NCBI GenBank assembly: GCA_964354375.1
Contig: CAYGZQ010000002.1
Span: 44,866 to 108,865, forward strand
Length of the DNA stretch: 64,000 nt
Direction of reading: 5' to 3'
Source: an uncultured Planctomycetota bacterium
GTDB taxonomy: Bacteria; JAJVIF01; JAPKYR01
A program made the position numbers and the translations under genes. The notes under the pieces were generated by a model. It was given only the letters and a program-made list of their open reading frames with translations. It searched no databases and had not been told where the DNA came from. Shown in pieces: positions 1-9,072 of this stretch (its first letter is position 1; each line of letters starts with the position of its first letter).

Positions 1-578
1 TCAAGGAACGCAAGCGACGGACCGCACGCGGGGCAGCAGGTCGGCTGCGCGTGGAACCGACGATCGGACGGGTCCCGGTACTCTCGCGAGCACATTTCGC
101 ACATGGCGAATTCCAGCATCGTTGTTTTGGCGCGATCATAGGGAACATCCTCGATGATCGTGAACCGAGGTCCGCAGTTTGTGCAGTTGAGGAAGGGATA
201 ACGATAGCGAGGGTCTGCAGGATCGTACATTTCGCGAAGGCAGCCGTGGCACGTCGCGACGTCGGGACTTATCAGCACCCTCTCGCCCTCGATTGGAACG
301 CTCCGCCGGATCTCGAAATCCCTGAAACGATCCGCATCGTCGATTTCGGCAAGCTCATGATCGATGGACACAATCTGGGCCAGCGGCGGAGGCTCGGCTC
401 TCAATGCCGAGAGGAGGGATTCGAGTTTGTCCTCAGGGCCGTCCGCTACGATCTCCACTCCGCGCGAATCGTTGACCACCCAGCCCGTGAGGTCGAAACG
501 CCCCGCGAGCGAATGCACGAATGGCCGGAACCCGACCCCTTGCACGACGCCTTTTATGTGGACATGAAGGCGATACAT
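1..578 (-). CDS. hypF: [NiFe]-hydrogenase maturation carbamoyltransferase HypF, N-terminal part (partial; gene runs off window start)
   Basis: Own minus-strand translation from ATG at 578: MYRLHVHIKGVVQGVGFRPFVHSLAGRFDLTGWVVNDSRGVEI... (acylphosphatase-like domain), followed by two Zn-finger modules CHGCLREM..CTNCGPRF and CEMCSREY..CPACGP typical of HypF. No stop before position 1. Not in the ORF track because it is incomplete. Confidence 0.75.
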   Translation of the reverse strand, partial: MYRLHVHIKGVVQGVGFRPFVHSLAGRFDLTGWVVNDSRGVEIVADGPEDKLESLLSALRAEPPPLAQIVSIDHELAEIDDADRFRDFEIRRSVPIEGERVLISPDVATCHGCLREMYDPADPRYRYPFLNCTNCGPRFTIIEDVPYDRAKTTMLEFAMCEMCSREYRDPSDRRFHAQPTCCPACGPSLAFL

Positions 579-586
579 GTCAGACC

Positions 587-671
587 TCACCCCACCTCAC
601 CCCCTAACCCCCTCTGTACCTCACCCCCTAACCCCCTCTCCACCCTGTGGAGAGGGGGACTGGGGGTGAGG
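587..671. repeat. GC-rich REP-like palindromic element (half copy 587-620 plus full hairpin 621-671: CTCACCCCCTAACCCCCTCTCCACC / GGAGAGGGGGACTGGGGGTGAGG)
   Basis: Imperfect inverted repeat seen directly. Related copies at 24945-24995 and 42893-42947. This copy is read through by the 3' end of the tgt-fusion ORF. Confidence 0.7.
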
Positions 672-2578
672 ACAAAAAACAGCTCCTCCGCAAACTCGAC
701 CTTCGTTTGACGGAACTCAAGACCATCGGTAATCGACTCAAGCGTGCTCTCGTAGTTCTCTCTCATCCCCTTGTCACGACCACCGAACGACGATGTCGGG
801 AACGAGACAACAATGTGCTTCGAATCGATTCCCTCTATCAACCTTCTGCTGGACCCTTTTTCCTGTTGCTCGAGGGTAGGGACAGTCTTGAGCAGGAACG
901 CGACATCGGCCTGTTCGGACGGCGGCTGCCCGACTACATCCCGGCATTGCGCTTCGCCCTTGATCTTTGCCGGACGGAAAAATCGGTTCAGGAGGTCCAC
1001 GATGCGTCCGTCAATGTCGAGGGCGACATACTCCGCATCTTTGCCCAGCCCCATCCAGGGAATTGCGAACGGCCCGAAGCCGCAGGCGATGTCGATTATG
1101 CGCGATGGTGTCCCGGTGATCTCGAAAAGAGAAGGGAAGATGCGGTCGAGTACGGGCAGACGCTCGGACGTCGACCGATGACCTGCCAGAATCTTCCGGC
1201 ATAACGGCTTGATTCCGTCCGGGTCGGGGTCTTTCTCGAACTCGTCAAGCAAACCCACGGCGTAGTCGTAGCCGAAGGGATCGATGAACGCAGCGTAGAC
1301 CTGGTGCAGTTTCTTCTTCGCGATCTTGACGGCTTCCTTCTCGGTCCGGGATTTCGCGGACGCCCACTGGACCGCCCTCGCGATCGTGTCCTCGCAAAGA
1401 TGCCTGTATTTCCGGCTTCGTTTCAGGGATTCGACTATCGGCTTCGTGTCGATCGCCAGTGAAACAGGCGCAACCTCGCCGAGTCGAGCTTCCCCGGAGC
1501 CGTTCGCGAGCATTCCCATCAGGCGCATGTAGAATCTGAGGTTATGGATGGTCGCGAGCCGGTATGCCAGCGGGTCGTCCACATTGAACAGGTGGTGGAG
1601 GAACGATCTCGAATAGCGGCGGCAGCAGAGGCAATCGCATGATTCGTCCACCGGTTTCCGGTCGTCGGCGTATCGCGAATCCTGGAGGAAGACTCTTGAA
1701 TGGAAGCTCGGGGCATCGAGCCTGAGAGGGTCGGGATTTCCCTGGAAGACGTACAGGCGTTTTCGTCGCGCATCGCGGGTGGGAAATGCCCCGTCGAACA
1801 GGTCGTAGCCCATGCGAACGCAGGAAACGATATGATCCGGACTCGCGATCCCCAGCGCGAACTTCGGGAACCCCTCCGGGATCAACCCTGCGACAAGCTC
1901 GACAGACTCGACCAGTCGGCGATCCTCATCGATCGGCCAGCCGCCGTAGCCGTAGCCGTCGAAACCGATCTCCAGCAGCCTCTCGGCGCATTCGCGCCTG
2001 AGGGACTCATCCTCGCCCCCCTGGATGACCGCAAACAGAAGCGGCCGGGAGTCCTGAAGGCGTTCGCTCGCGGCTATGCGTGCGACGAACTCCGTCTTGC
2101 ATTCGCGGGCCCACAGGATTGTGTTCTCGACACTCTCGCGATGCCTCTCGGGGGGCTCCCCCGGATGCATGCAGTGGTCCAGGCAGATCATCAGGTCCGC
2201 CCCAAGCTGGAACTGCCTCTGTATCGACTTCGCAGGAGTGAGAGTGACTCTCTTCGCGCCTTTCGAGGCGCGATAAGCGAAGCCATCCGGGGTCACTTCG
2301 CCCAGGGCGGGATCCTTTGCGAGGAGCGAGTATATCTGGAACCCGCCGGAGTCCGAAACAATCGGGCGGTTCCATCCCATGAATCCGTGGATTCCGGACG
2401 CGGCCAGGATTCGCACGCCGGGCCTGGTAAGAAGATGGAAGGTGTTGACCACGAGGCCCGTTACGCCGCAGTTTTCGAGGTCGGACGAGTCGACCGACTT
2501 GACGACAGCCCGGGTGGCGTCCGGAAGAAAGGCCGGCAGAGGGAGTGCGCCATGAGGTGTCTTAAGCTCCCTGGACAT
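587..2578 (-). CDS. tgt: Fusion protein: queuine tRNA-ribosyltransferase (Tgt) domain + C-terminal FmrO/Rmt-like class I SAM methyltransferase domain (16S rRNA m7G1405 MTase-like)
   Basis: 663-aa ORF. N-terminal ~400 aa carry Tgt hallmarks (VNTFHL, SDSGGFQ nucleophile region, Zn site CDCLCC...HH). C-terminal ~260 aa carry an HRSTSERL motif and the SAM-binding motif IIDIACGFGP, resembling aminoglycoside-resistance-type 16S rRNA methyltransferases. The last ~25 codons are encoded by the REP-like palindrome. Confidence 0.6.
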   Translation of the reverse strand: MSRELKTPHGALPLPAFLPDATRAVVKSVDSSDLENCGVTGLVVNTFHLLTRPGVRILAASGIHGFMGWNRPIVSDSGGFQIYSLLAKDPALGEVTPDGFAYRASKGAKRVTLTPAKSIQRQFQLGADLMICLDHCMHPGEPPERHRESVENTILWARECKTEFVARIAASERLQDSRPLLFAVIQGGEDESLRRECAERLLEIGFDGYGYGGWPIDEDRRLVESVELVAGLIPEGFPKFALGIASPDHIVSCVRMGYDLFDGAFPTRDARRKRLYVFQGNPDPLRLDAPSFHSRVFLQDSRYADDRKPVDESCDCLCCRRYSRSFLHHLFNVDDPLAYRLATIHNLRFYMRLMGMLANGSGEARLGEVAPVSLAIDTKPIVESLKRSRKYRHLCEDTIARAVQWASAKSRTEKEAVKIAKKKLHQVYAAFIDPFGYDYAVGLLDEFEKDPDPDGIKPLCRKILAGHRSTSERLPVLDRIFPSLFEITGTPSRIIDIACGFGPFAIPWMGLGKDAEYVALDIDGRIVDLLNRFFRPAKIKGEAQCRDVVGQPPSEQADVAFLLKTVPTLEQQEKGSSRRLIEGIDSKHIVVSFPTSSFGGRDKGMRENYESTLESITDGLEFRQTKVEFAEELFFVLTPSPPLHRVERGLGGEVQRGLGGEVG

Positions 2579-2588
2579 CGGGTTAAGG

Positions 2589-3299
2589 TCACGGTTCGGT
2601 CCGAATGAACTTCGGATTGTTGCCCGCGATAACTATGGTCACTTCGCCCTTCACTTTCCTGTCGACGAACTGCTTGATCAAGTCGGACAAGTACCCCCTG
2701 TGAGTCTCCTCGAACATCTTGGTCAGCTCGACGCAAACGGCGGCCCTGCGGTCGCCGAGGACCTCCAGGGCGGCCTCAAGGACCTTGGAGAGCCGCAGGG
2801 GGGACTCATAGATCACCAGCGTATGGCCCAAGTCCTTTTCCATCTCGAGGGAGCGACGTCGAGCGCCCGGTTTCCTGGGCAGGAAGCCGAGGAAAACGTA
2901 GCTGTCGGTCGGCAGCCCGGAGGAGAGAAGCGCGACCGGCACCGCGCTAGCGCCCGGCACAACAACAACCCCGATCCCCTTCTCGACGGCCTCGCTTATC
3001 AGCCTGTAGCCTGCGTCGCTGATCCCGGGATAGCCTGCGTCGGAGCAGACAGCTACCGAGTTCCCCTGCTCCAGAAGCTTGATGATGCCGGGCGCGGATG
3101 TCTTCTCGTTCGCCTCGCGATAGGAGATGATTCGTCTGGGGGCGGGGATATTGTGCCGGTCGAGGAGGATTCTGGTCCGGCGGGTATCTTCACAAGCAAG
3201 GACATCGACCTCGCCCAGAATGCGTATCGCTCGGAGGGTTATGTCCTCAAGGTTGCCTATGGGAGTGGCGATAATGTATAAAGTTACCTCGGACGGCAT
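2589..3299 (-). CDS. rsmI: 16S rRNA (cytidine1402-2'-O)-methyltransferase RsmI
   Basis: TLYIIATPIGNLEDITLRAIRILGEVDVLACEDTRRT... tetrapyrrole-methylase fold typical of RsmI. Confidence 0.85.
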   Translation of the reverse strand: MPSEVTLYIIATPIGNLEDITLRAIRILGEVDVLACEDTRRTRILLDRHNIPAPRRIISYREANEKTSAPGIIKLLEQGNSVAVCSDAGYPGISDAGYRLISEAVEKGIGVVVVPGASAVPVALLSSGLPTDSYVFLGFLPRKPGARRRSLEMEKDLGHTLVIYESPLRLSKVLEAALEVLGDRRAAVCVELTKMFEETHRGYLSDLIKQFVDRKVKGEVTIVIAGNNPKFIRTEP

Positions 3300-3444
3300 G
3301 TGCTTGCGGGGGCGAGAGTCCCGGGTGCAATTTTACACCAAAGGACGTCGAGATGCCGGATAGCGGCTGTCCGGGGCGGTCCGGCTTGCGCGATATTCAC
3401 AAACGTAATGGGAAATTTCCCTGATTTTCTTCGGTCAATCGGCC

Positions 3445-3473
3445 TTGACGAGACCGCATTCGTGAAGTATATA
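3445..3473 (+). promoter_or_regulatory. Candidate sigma70-type promoter (TTGACG - 17 nt - TATATA) upstream of rpoD
   Basis: -35 at 3445-3450, 17-nt spacer, -10 at 3468-3473, in the 400-bp divergent intergenic region between rsmI and rpoD. Confidence 0.4.
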
Positions 3474-3698
3474 ACACTTGGCTGCTAACAGAGGCGTGAA
3501 CTTGATGAGGGAAAAGGAATGGAGGCTTATGCTCTGCCGGACATAGCGGGTTGATGTGTGGCAGAGCCGCCACGGTGAGGCGCGCGAGAAGCCTTACCGA
3601 TTTTTTTTGCGCATCATGCATCTTTTGGGCAAAACAGCATCTAAGAGAATAGAAGGCGGCTAGGCCTGACCGCTGAGAAATAGCCAAAAAACGCAACG

Positions 3699-4934
3699 GT
3701 GGTGATAACCTCTATGCCCGAACGGCCCGTGCTGGTTCCTCAGAAAGTATGTAAAGACGAGCGCTACAAGGACCTGTTGGCTCGTGGACGACATAAGGGG
3801 TGGCTGACACGTAAGGAAGTTCGCGACACTGTCAGACAATGCCAGAGGGTCAGTCGCGAAGAGCTCGAAGCGATCTTCGAGTCCATCGAGAAGAAGCGAA
3901 TCGACCTCCTTCTGCGTCATCCGACTAACGGCAAGAAGGGCAACGGGGGTCTGAAGGTCAAGGGCAGGAAGACTGCTGAGGGGACCAACTCCGTCAAGAC
4001 TCCCCGACTCCGCTCGGCGCTTGACAAGCGGAAGTCCGACCCCAGGCATCTCCTGGACAGCGATGTCAAGTTCTCCCACGACATCAAGATTGACGATTCG
4101 GTCAAGATCTATCTTAGGGAGATCGGATGGGTTCCCCTGCTCAGGCCCGATGAGGAGGTCCATCTCGCCAAGATCATTGCCGGCGACAACTCCAGCGACC
4201 ACGAAAAGGATATAGCCCGCAAGAAGCTGACCACGGCGAACCTCAGGCTTGTCGTGTCCATAGCGAAGAAATACAAGACCCAGGGTCTGAGCTTCCTGGA
4301 CCTGGTACAGGAAGGCAACCTGGGCCTGATGCGCGCGGTACAGAAGTTCGACCACACCAAGGGTTTCAAATTCTCCACGTACGCCACCTGGTGGATCAGG
4401 CAGGCCATTACCCGCGCGCTTGCCGACCAGGAGGACATCATCCGCAAGCCGGTCCATATCGTCGAGAAAATCAACAAGCTCAAGAAGGCGTCCAGCGAGA
4501 TCTCCCAGAAAAAGGGCACCGAGCCGACCCCGTACGAGCTCGGCAGCAAGATGAACATGCCCGCAGCCAAGGTGCAGGAGATCCGCAAGATCGCGCAGAG
4601 ACCTATCTCATTGGAGACCCCCATCGGCGAGGATGAAAACTCCCAGCTTCAGCATTTCCTCGAGGACCAGCGAATACCTAACCCCGACAGCTCCGCGATG
4701 AAGCATCTTCTCAGGGAAGAGCTCGAGAAAGTGCTCAATACGCTTTCGGATCGCGAGCGTCGGGTGATCCGGAGAAGGTTCGGATTCGATGACGGGCACT
4801 ACTACACGCTGGAGGAGGTCGGACGGGAGTTCGGCGTCACCCGCGAGCGCATCAGGCAGATCGAGGCCAAAGCGCTGAGGAGACTGAAAAGTCAGAAGCG
4901 GAGCGTACGGGTGAAGGACTTCCTGGACCTGTGA
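3699..4934 (+). CDS. rpoD: RNA polymerase primary sigma factor (sigma-70 family)
   Basis: Regions 1.2-4 conserved: [101 protein letters not shown]. The start could be ATG 3714 instead. Confidence 0.9.
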   Translation: MVITSMPERPVLVPQKVCKDERYKDLLARGRHKGWLTRKEVRDTVRQCQRVSREELEAIFESIEKKRIDLLLRHPTNGKKGNGGLKVKGRKTAEGTNSVKTPRLRSALDKRKSDPRHLLDSDVKFSHDIKIDDSVKIYLREIGWVPLLRPDEEVHLAKIIAGDNSSDHEKDIARKKLTTANLRLVVSIAKKYKTQGLSFLDLVQEGNLGLMRAVQKFDHTKGFKFSTYATWWIRQAITRALADQEDIIRKPVHIVEKINKLKKASSEISQKKGTEPTPYELGSKMNMPAAKVQEIRKIAQRPISLETPIGEDENSQLQHFLEDQRIPNPDSSAMKHLLREELEKVLNTLSDRERRVIRRRFGFDDGHYYTLEEVGREFGVTRERIRQIEAKALRRLKSQKRSVRVKDFLDL

Positions 4935-4961
4935 CGCTGAAGTGTAGCTTGAAACAACGAA

Positions 4962-4990
4962 ACCCCTGCTGCAAAGCAGGGTTTTTTTCA
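4962..4990 (+). terminator. Rho-independent terminator after rpoD
   Basis: CCCCTGCT-GCAA-AGCAGGG stem-loop followed by TTTTTTT. Confidence 0.8.
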
Positions 4991-5024
4991 TTGCCGTCCA
5001 GGAGAATCTGCCCTGGTATCCGAG

Positions 5025-5272
5025 GCCCGAACGTAAGGGGCTGTTGAAAAACCTACTTCGATGCTGAATCGCGTGGCACCCTCAGGCGGAAAGGCTGCGT
5101 AAGCAGGCTTTCTGCCTGGGGGTGCTCGATCTATTAGCCCCTTTATTCATGCGGCATTCAGGTCGTCGGCTCAGCACCCCCAGGCTCGAGGACTCGCCTG
5201 AGGGTGCCACGCCTGATATGCCATCCTTGCGCAAAACTGGATTTTTTCAACAGCCCCTCACGGTCGGGCCCC
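5025..5272. repeat. MITE-like nested palindromic element (~250 bp)
   Basis: Perfect inverted pairs GGGGCTGTTGAAAAA (5037-5051)/TTTTTCAACAGCCCC (5244-5258) and GCGTGGCACCCTCAGGCG (5071-5088)/CGCCTGAGGGTGCCACGC (5196-5213); outer GGCCCGAACGT/ACGGTCGGGCC. Sequence modules are shared with the hairpins at 13761-13870 and 16737-16823. Confidence 0.65.
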
Positions 5273-5382
5273 GGAAACGGCGAATCGCAAGTCCACCGGT
5301 TCATCTGGATCATGCGAAGTGGTATATTGTTAATGTCAGGACCAATGGCGCTGCCCGCGTGCGGGCGGACAGGAGGAATCGC

Positions 5383-5910
5383 GTGATAGTTGAAGGATTT
5401 CGTTTCTCAAAAATCGTTTTCGCAGCAGCCCTGCTTTCGCTGATCACTGTGTCGCTCACAGCGTGCCCGCTTGGAGACCAGCGACGGGCTGCCTGGATGT
5501 CCCGCGCAAAAGGGACGCTCCGATCGATCGGCTCGTCGCAATTGGCTTACCAGAGCTCCAATGCGGACAAGTCGTACGGCACGTTCGAAGACCTCCAGAG
5601 TGCGGAGTATGTCGCGCAGGGCTATACCCTCGAAAACATGATAGAAGCGTACACCATCAGTTGGACCGCCTATTCGTCGTCCCCTGCGGAGGAAGCCGGC
5701 TCGGAGGAGGGGAAGCCGGTGTTCGAGGACACGATGGGTTCGACGAAGACGCACGGGCCCTATGACAGATTCACGATCATCGCCTATCCGGTGGCGAGCT
5801 TCGGCGCTCTCTGCACGTTCGCCGTCACGGAAGACCAGGTGGTGAGGGTCTACAATCCCGACAACCGCAACAAAGAGGCTGACATAAAGACCTGGGACCC
5901 GATATTGTAG
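5383..5910 (+). CDS. Small putative lipoprotein, function unknown
   Basis: GTG start preceded by AGGAGG (5371-5376). Signal peptide with lipobox (FSKIVFAAALLSLITVSLTAC). The upstream part of the track ORF covers the MITE-like element and is probably not coding. Confidence 0.5.
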   Translation: MIVEGFRFSKIVFAAALLSLITVSLTACPLGDQRRAAWMSRAKGTLRSIGSSQLAYQSSNADKSYGTFEDLQSAEYVAQGYTLENMIEAYTISWTAYSSSPAEEAGSEEGKPVFEDTMGSTKTHGPYDRFTIIAYPVASFGALCTFAVTEDQVVRVYNPDNRNKEADIKTWDPIL

Positions 5911-5962
5911 CGACGGTCAAGAACCTGAATCTCGAAGACCCGGAATCGTAAGATACAATACC

Positions 5963-7573
5963 ATGAGCACAATTGAACAAATCGACCTGCTGATTCGCGC
6001 TCGATATCCCGTGATTTACATCACCACCTGGGAGGAAAAGCGGGCGGTCGACGAGTTGAAGTTGCTCGCCGACAAGCAGGGCAAGGCCCTGATGGTCTGG
6101 AGCCAGTCGATCGGCTTCACGACCAAGATGGACGACGAATCGAAGCAGAAGATTCGCGATCCTCAGGCCGTGCTGGAGTACATTCTGGAAGCCGACGAGA
6201 TCGCGATCTATGTCCTGAAGGACTTCCATCCGTACATCATGGAGCCGGGCGTCATAAGGCTTCTCAGGGACCTCGCGGAGGCGCTTAAGACCAGCTACAA
6301 GACCCTGCTCATCCTGTCGCCCGTCCTGAGAATCCCCCCTGAACTCGAAAAGGACCTCACCGTCGTGGATTACACGCTCCCCGACGCCGATGAAATGCGA
6401 AGAATCCTGGGCGAGCTGATCGAGGCTGTGAAGGACAACCCCCGTGTGAAAATCAGTCTCAAGCCGGACGAAAAGGAGCGATTGATCCAGGCCGCGCTCG
6501 GGCTGACCGCTGTCGAGGCCGAGAACGCGTTCAGCCGCGTGCTGGTGTCGAAAGGTCATCTCACGGTGGACGACATCGACGACATCCTCGCCGAGAAGAA
6601 GCAGATCGTCAGAAAATCCGGGCTTCTCGAATATTTCGAGCCCGAGGATCAATTCAACCAGGTCGGCGGACTGAGACCGCTCAAGGCGTGGCTTCTAAAG
6701 CGGGGAAGCGCTTTCTCAGAGCAGGCGAGATCGTACGGACTCCCCGACCCGAGAGGCATCCTTCTGGTTGGAGTGCAGGGCTGCGGAAAGAGCCTGACCG
6801 CGAAGGCAGTGAGCAACTTATGGAAACTGCCCCTTGTCAGGCTCGATTTCGGGCGATTGTTTTCGAGCCTGGTGGGGTCGAGCGAGGAGAACATGAGGCG
6901 CGCGATGTCGGTGGCCGAGAGCATCGCGCCGTGCATCCTGTGGATAGACGAGATAGAGAAAGGCATGAGCGGCGTGGAGGATTCAGGCTCAATGGATGCC
7001 GGCACCGCCACGAGGGTATTCGGCACTTTCATCACCTGGCTTCAGGAGAAAAAGCGACCCGTGTTCGTGATCGCCACGGCGAACAACATAGACGCCCTCC
7101 CGCCCGAGCTGATGCGGAAGGGCCGTTTCGATGAGATTTTCTTTGTGGACCTTCCGAATCCCAGAGAAAGAGCGGAGATTTTCCAAATCCATCTCGAGAA
7201 GACCGGTCGCGATCCCGGGTCTTTCGACGCCCACATGCTTGTGCATGCGAGCAAGAACTTCTCCGGAGCGGAAATCCGCGAGGCGATCATCGCAGCCATG
7301 TACGATGGTTTCTCGGAGAAACGGGAGTTCACGTCGGAGGACATCAGGAGGAACATCGAGGACACAATCCCGATCGCCCGGACTATGCCGGACGACATCA
7401 AAAAACTGAGAAGCTGGGCGGGAGTGCGGGCGAGGAGAGCGAACGAGGTAATCGAGGAGGAGGAGACGATAAAGCCGGTAACCGACGACGATGTGGCGAG
7501 GGTGCACCGCACGAGGGTCGATTACCTGGCGGTCGGAGAGACCGGCGAAGAGAAACCGAAGTCGGTGCAATAG
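5963..7573 (+). CDS. AAA+ family ATPase, Ycf46-like (N-terminal non-ATPase domain + single C-terminal AAA module)
   Basis: Walker A GVQGCGKSL, Walker B ILWIDEIEK, sensor/Arg finger region ATANNIDALPPELMRKGRFDE. The ~230-aa N-terminal domain has no nucleotide-binding motifs. Confidence 0.7.
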   Translation: MSTIEQIDLLIRARYPVIYITTWEEKRAVDELKLLADKQGKALMVWSQSIGFTTKMDDESKQKIRDPQAVLEYILEADEIAIYVLKDFHPYIMEPGVIRLLRDLAEALKTSYKTLLILSPVLRIPPELEKDLTVVDYTLPDADEMRRILGELIEAVKDNPRVKISLKPDEKERLIQAALGLTAVEAENAFSRVLVSKGHLTVDDIDDILAEKKQIVRKSGLLEYFEPEDQFNQVGGLRPLKAWLLKRGSAFSEQARSYGLPDPRGILLVGVQGCGKSLTAKAVSNLWKLPLVRLDFGRLFSSLVGSSEENMRRAMSVAESIAPCILWIDEIEKGMSGVEDSGSMDAGTATRVFGTFITWLQEKKRPVFVIATANNIDALPPELMRKGRFDEIFFVDLPNPRERAEIFQIHLEKTGRDPGSFDAHMLVHASKNFSGAEIREAIIAAMYDGFSEKREFTSEDIRRNIEDTIPIARTMPDDIKKLRSWAGVRARRANEVIEEEETIKPVTDDDVARVHRTRVDYLAVGETGEEKPKSVQ

Positions 7574-7659
7574 CCCTGACTTCCGGCGGGCCGGAAAGCC
7601 TGCCCCGCATACCGGAACACAAACATTGGGGCTTCTTTATCAGTCCCGGAACAGGATAC

Positions 7660-8652
7660 ATGGTCTACAGCACAAGCGAGCCCTATGCGAGGAGAGGCGG
7701 ACTCCCGTCGCCGGAGATCGACACCTTTTCTTTATCGCTTTGCGGGGCGGAAGAGCAGGCGTTTGTTCATGGCTGCAACGCCCTGCTTCAGGGCAGGGAG
7801 GAGCGGGCGCTTTTCGAGTTTCGGAAGGCGGCGCGATGCACCAGGGAATTCATGGACGCGTGGTTCATGGCGGGATTCATCGAGCTTGCGAACGGCCGCG
7901 CCGAGAACGCCCGCCAGGCGTTCCTGCGGATTCTTCAGGACGAGCGCCCGTTTTTCGGGCTCCACATCCTGAGGTTCATGCCCCGCTTCCGGGCACATGT
8001 CAACCTCTTCGAGGATTTCGTTTTCCATATCATGCCCACGACCCCGGAGGTCGCCGCCGCGACCGCAAGGCTCTACATGATCGAGGAACGAGTCAAAGAG
8101 GCCAAAAAGATCATTCATCCGGCGTTCAGGGAGTACGGGGACAACACGGCTGTGCAGGTGATGTGGGCGCAGGTCATGATCGAGGATGATGCTCCGGACG
8201 CAGTGATCGACGAGATCGACAGGAGCATTCAGTTTCACAAGGGCAAAACCGAGACGGACCTGCTGTTGACCTACCTGGTCGGGCGCGCGTTTCTCGACAA
8301 GGGCGAATTCAGGACGGCCGTCTCGCACTGGGAGAGCATTTTCCATCACGCGACCGGCAAGAATCCGCGCCTGATTGACCGGTTTTCCATTTTTCTCGCG
8401 AAGGCATACGAATCCAAGGGATTCCTGCTGAATGTGTACGATATTCTCCGGAAGGTGAAGGACTCGACCATGCCGTACGATCCGGGCGTCTCGGTCGACT
8501 TCAAGCTCGGGCAGATCGTGGAGAAAATCAACACCTACAGGCGTCAGGGAATCAGAACCCCGCTTGAATTCGAGGGTGTTCACGACTTCCCGAGATGGAA
8601 GGATTCGGAAGGATACCTGGAGCTGGACGGTCCGGGCACCGCGATTCCGTAG
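7660..8652 (+). CDS. Hypothetical protein (helical, TPR-like composition)
   Basis: 330-aa ORF with ordinary protein-like composition. The antisense ORF 7732-8583 is Arg-rich and judged a shadow. Confidence 0.45.
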   Translation: MVYSTSEPYARRGGLPSPEIDTFSLSLCGAEEQAFVHGCNALLQGREERALFEFRKAARCTREFMDAWFMAGFIELANGRAENARQAFLRILQDERPFFGLHILRFMPRFRAHVNLFEDFVFHIMPTTPEVAAATARLYMIEERVKEAKKIIHPAFREYGDNTAVQVMWAQVMIEDDAPDAVIDEIDRSIQFHKGKTETDLLLTYLVGRAFLDKGEFRTAVSHWESIFHHATGKNPRLIDRFSIFLAKAYESKGFLLNVYDILRKVKDSTMPYDPGVSVDFKLGQIVEKINTYRRQGIRTPLEFEGVHDFPRWKDSEGYLELDGPGTAIP

Positions 8653-8672
8653 ACGACGCTTTCCGAATCGCC

Positions 8673-8996
8673 ATGGGTAACAGGCTGAAATACATCGAGG
8701 ACGGCGGCGCGAAGCCTCTCAAAATCGAGGAGCCGGAACCTCTCGAGGAGAAGGTCAACTATCCAGTCCTGGCCCGGTACGATTTCGCGGGGAACGGTCC
8801 CCGTCCCGGCGTACTGAGGGACGAGTGGATGTACACGCAGGCGGGTCTGCTCCTCACGAAGGGCGAGAGGCTCAGCCCGCCGCTCAAGAGGATCGGATGG
8901 CTCCTGATCCGGCTTGCGATCGGTCTCGCTCTGGTTTATCTGTTTCTGCACGGAAGCAGCTTCGACTGCATGGGAACGCGCCACACGTGGCGCTAG
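8673..8996 (+). CDS. Small hypothetical membrane protein
   Basis: ATG at 8673. C-terminal TM segment IGWLLIRLAIGLALVYLFL. Confidence 0.35.
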   Translation: MGNRLKYIEDGGAKPLKIEEPEPLEEKVNYPVLARYDFAGNGPRPGVLRDEWMYTQAGLLLTKGERLSPPLKRIGWLLIRLAIGLALVYLFLHGSSFDCMGTRHTWR

Positions 8997-9072
8997 GGCG
9001 TTACCCATGCGGCCGGCAGTCTGCTCTGATAATGAGAATTTCCGGGTTGTACCCGAAGAAAGGAGGAAGAAG

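Noticed and set aside
51-710. 219-aa plus-strand ORF at window start
   Set aside because: Lies antisense to the clearly recognisable hypF N-terminus and runs across the REP-like palindrome. Composition is typical of a high-GC shadow ORF.
1700-2608. 302-aa ORF antisense to the tgt-fusion gene
   Set aside because: Arg/Pro-rich shadow ORF; the opposite strand has strong Tgt homology.
3300-3698. Possible tRNA or small RNA in the 400-bp rsmI-rpoD intergenic region
   Set aside because: No cloverleaf-compatible sequence (no GTTC-like T-arm with a matching acceptor stem) found by eye. The region is interpreted as divergent promoter/leader.
3660-4624. ORFs 3660-4457 and 4109-4624 on the minus strand
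   Set aside because: Antisense to rpoD, whose conservation is unambiguous.
5825-7570. Minus-strand ORFs 5825-6652, 6649-7035, 6989-7570, 7042-7512
   Set aside because: Overlap the AAA+ ATPase gene on the opposite strand; no motifs; shadow ORFs.
7732-8583. 283-aa minus-strand ORF opposite the 7660-8652 gene
   Set aside because: Arg-rich, low-complexity translation. The plus-strand ORF has more protein-like composition and sits in an operon-like position after the ATPase. The call remains moderately uncertain.
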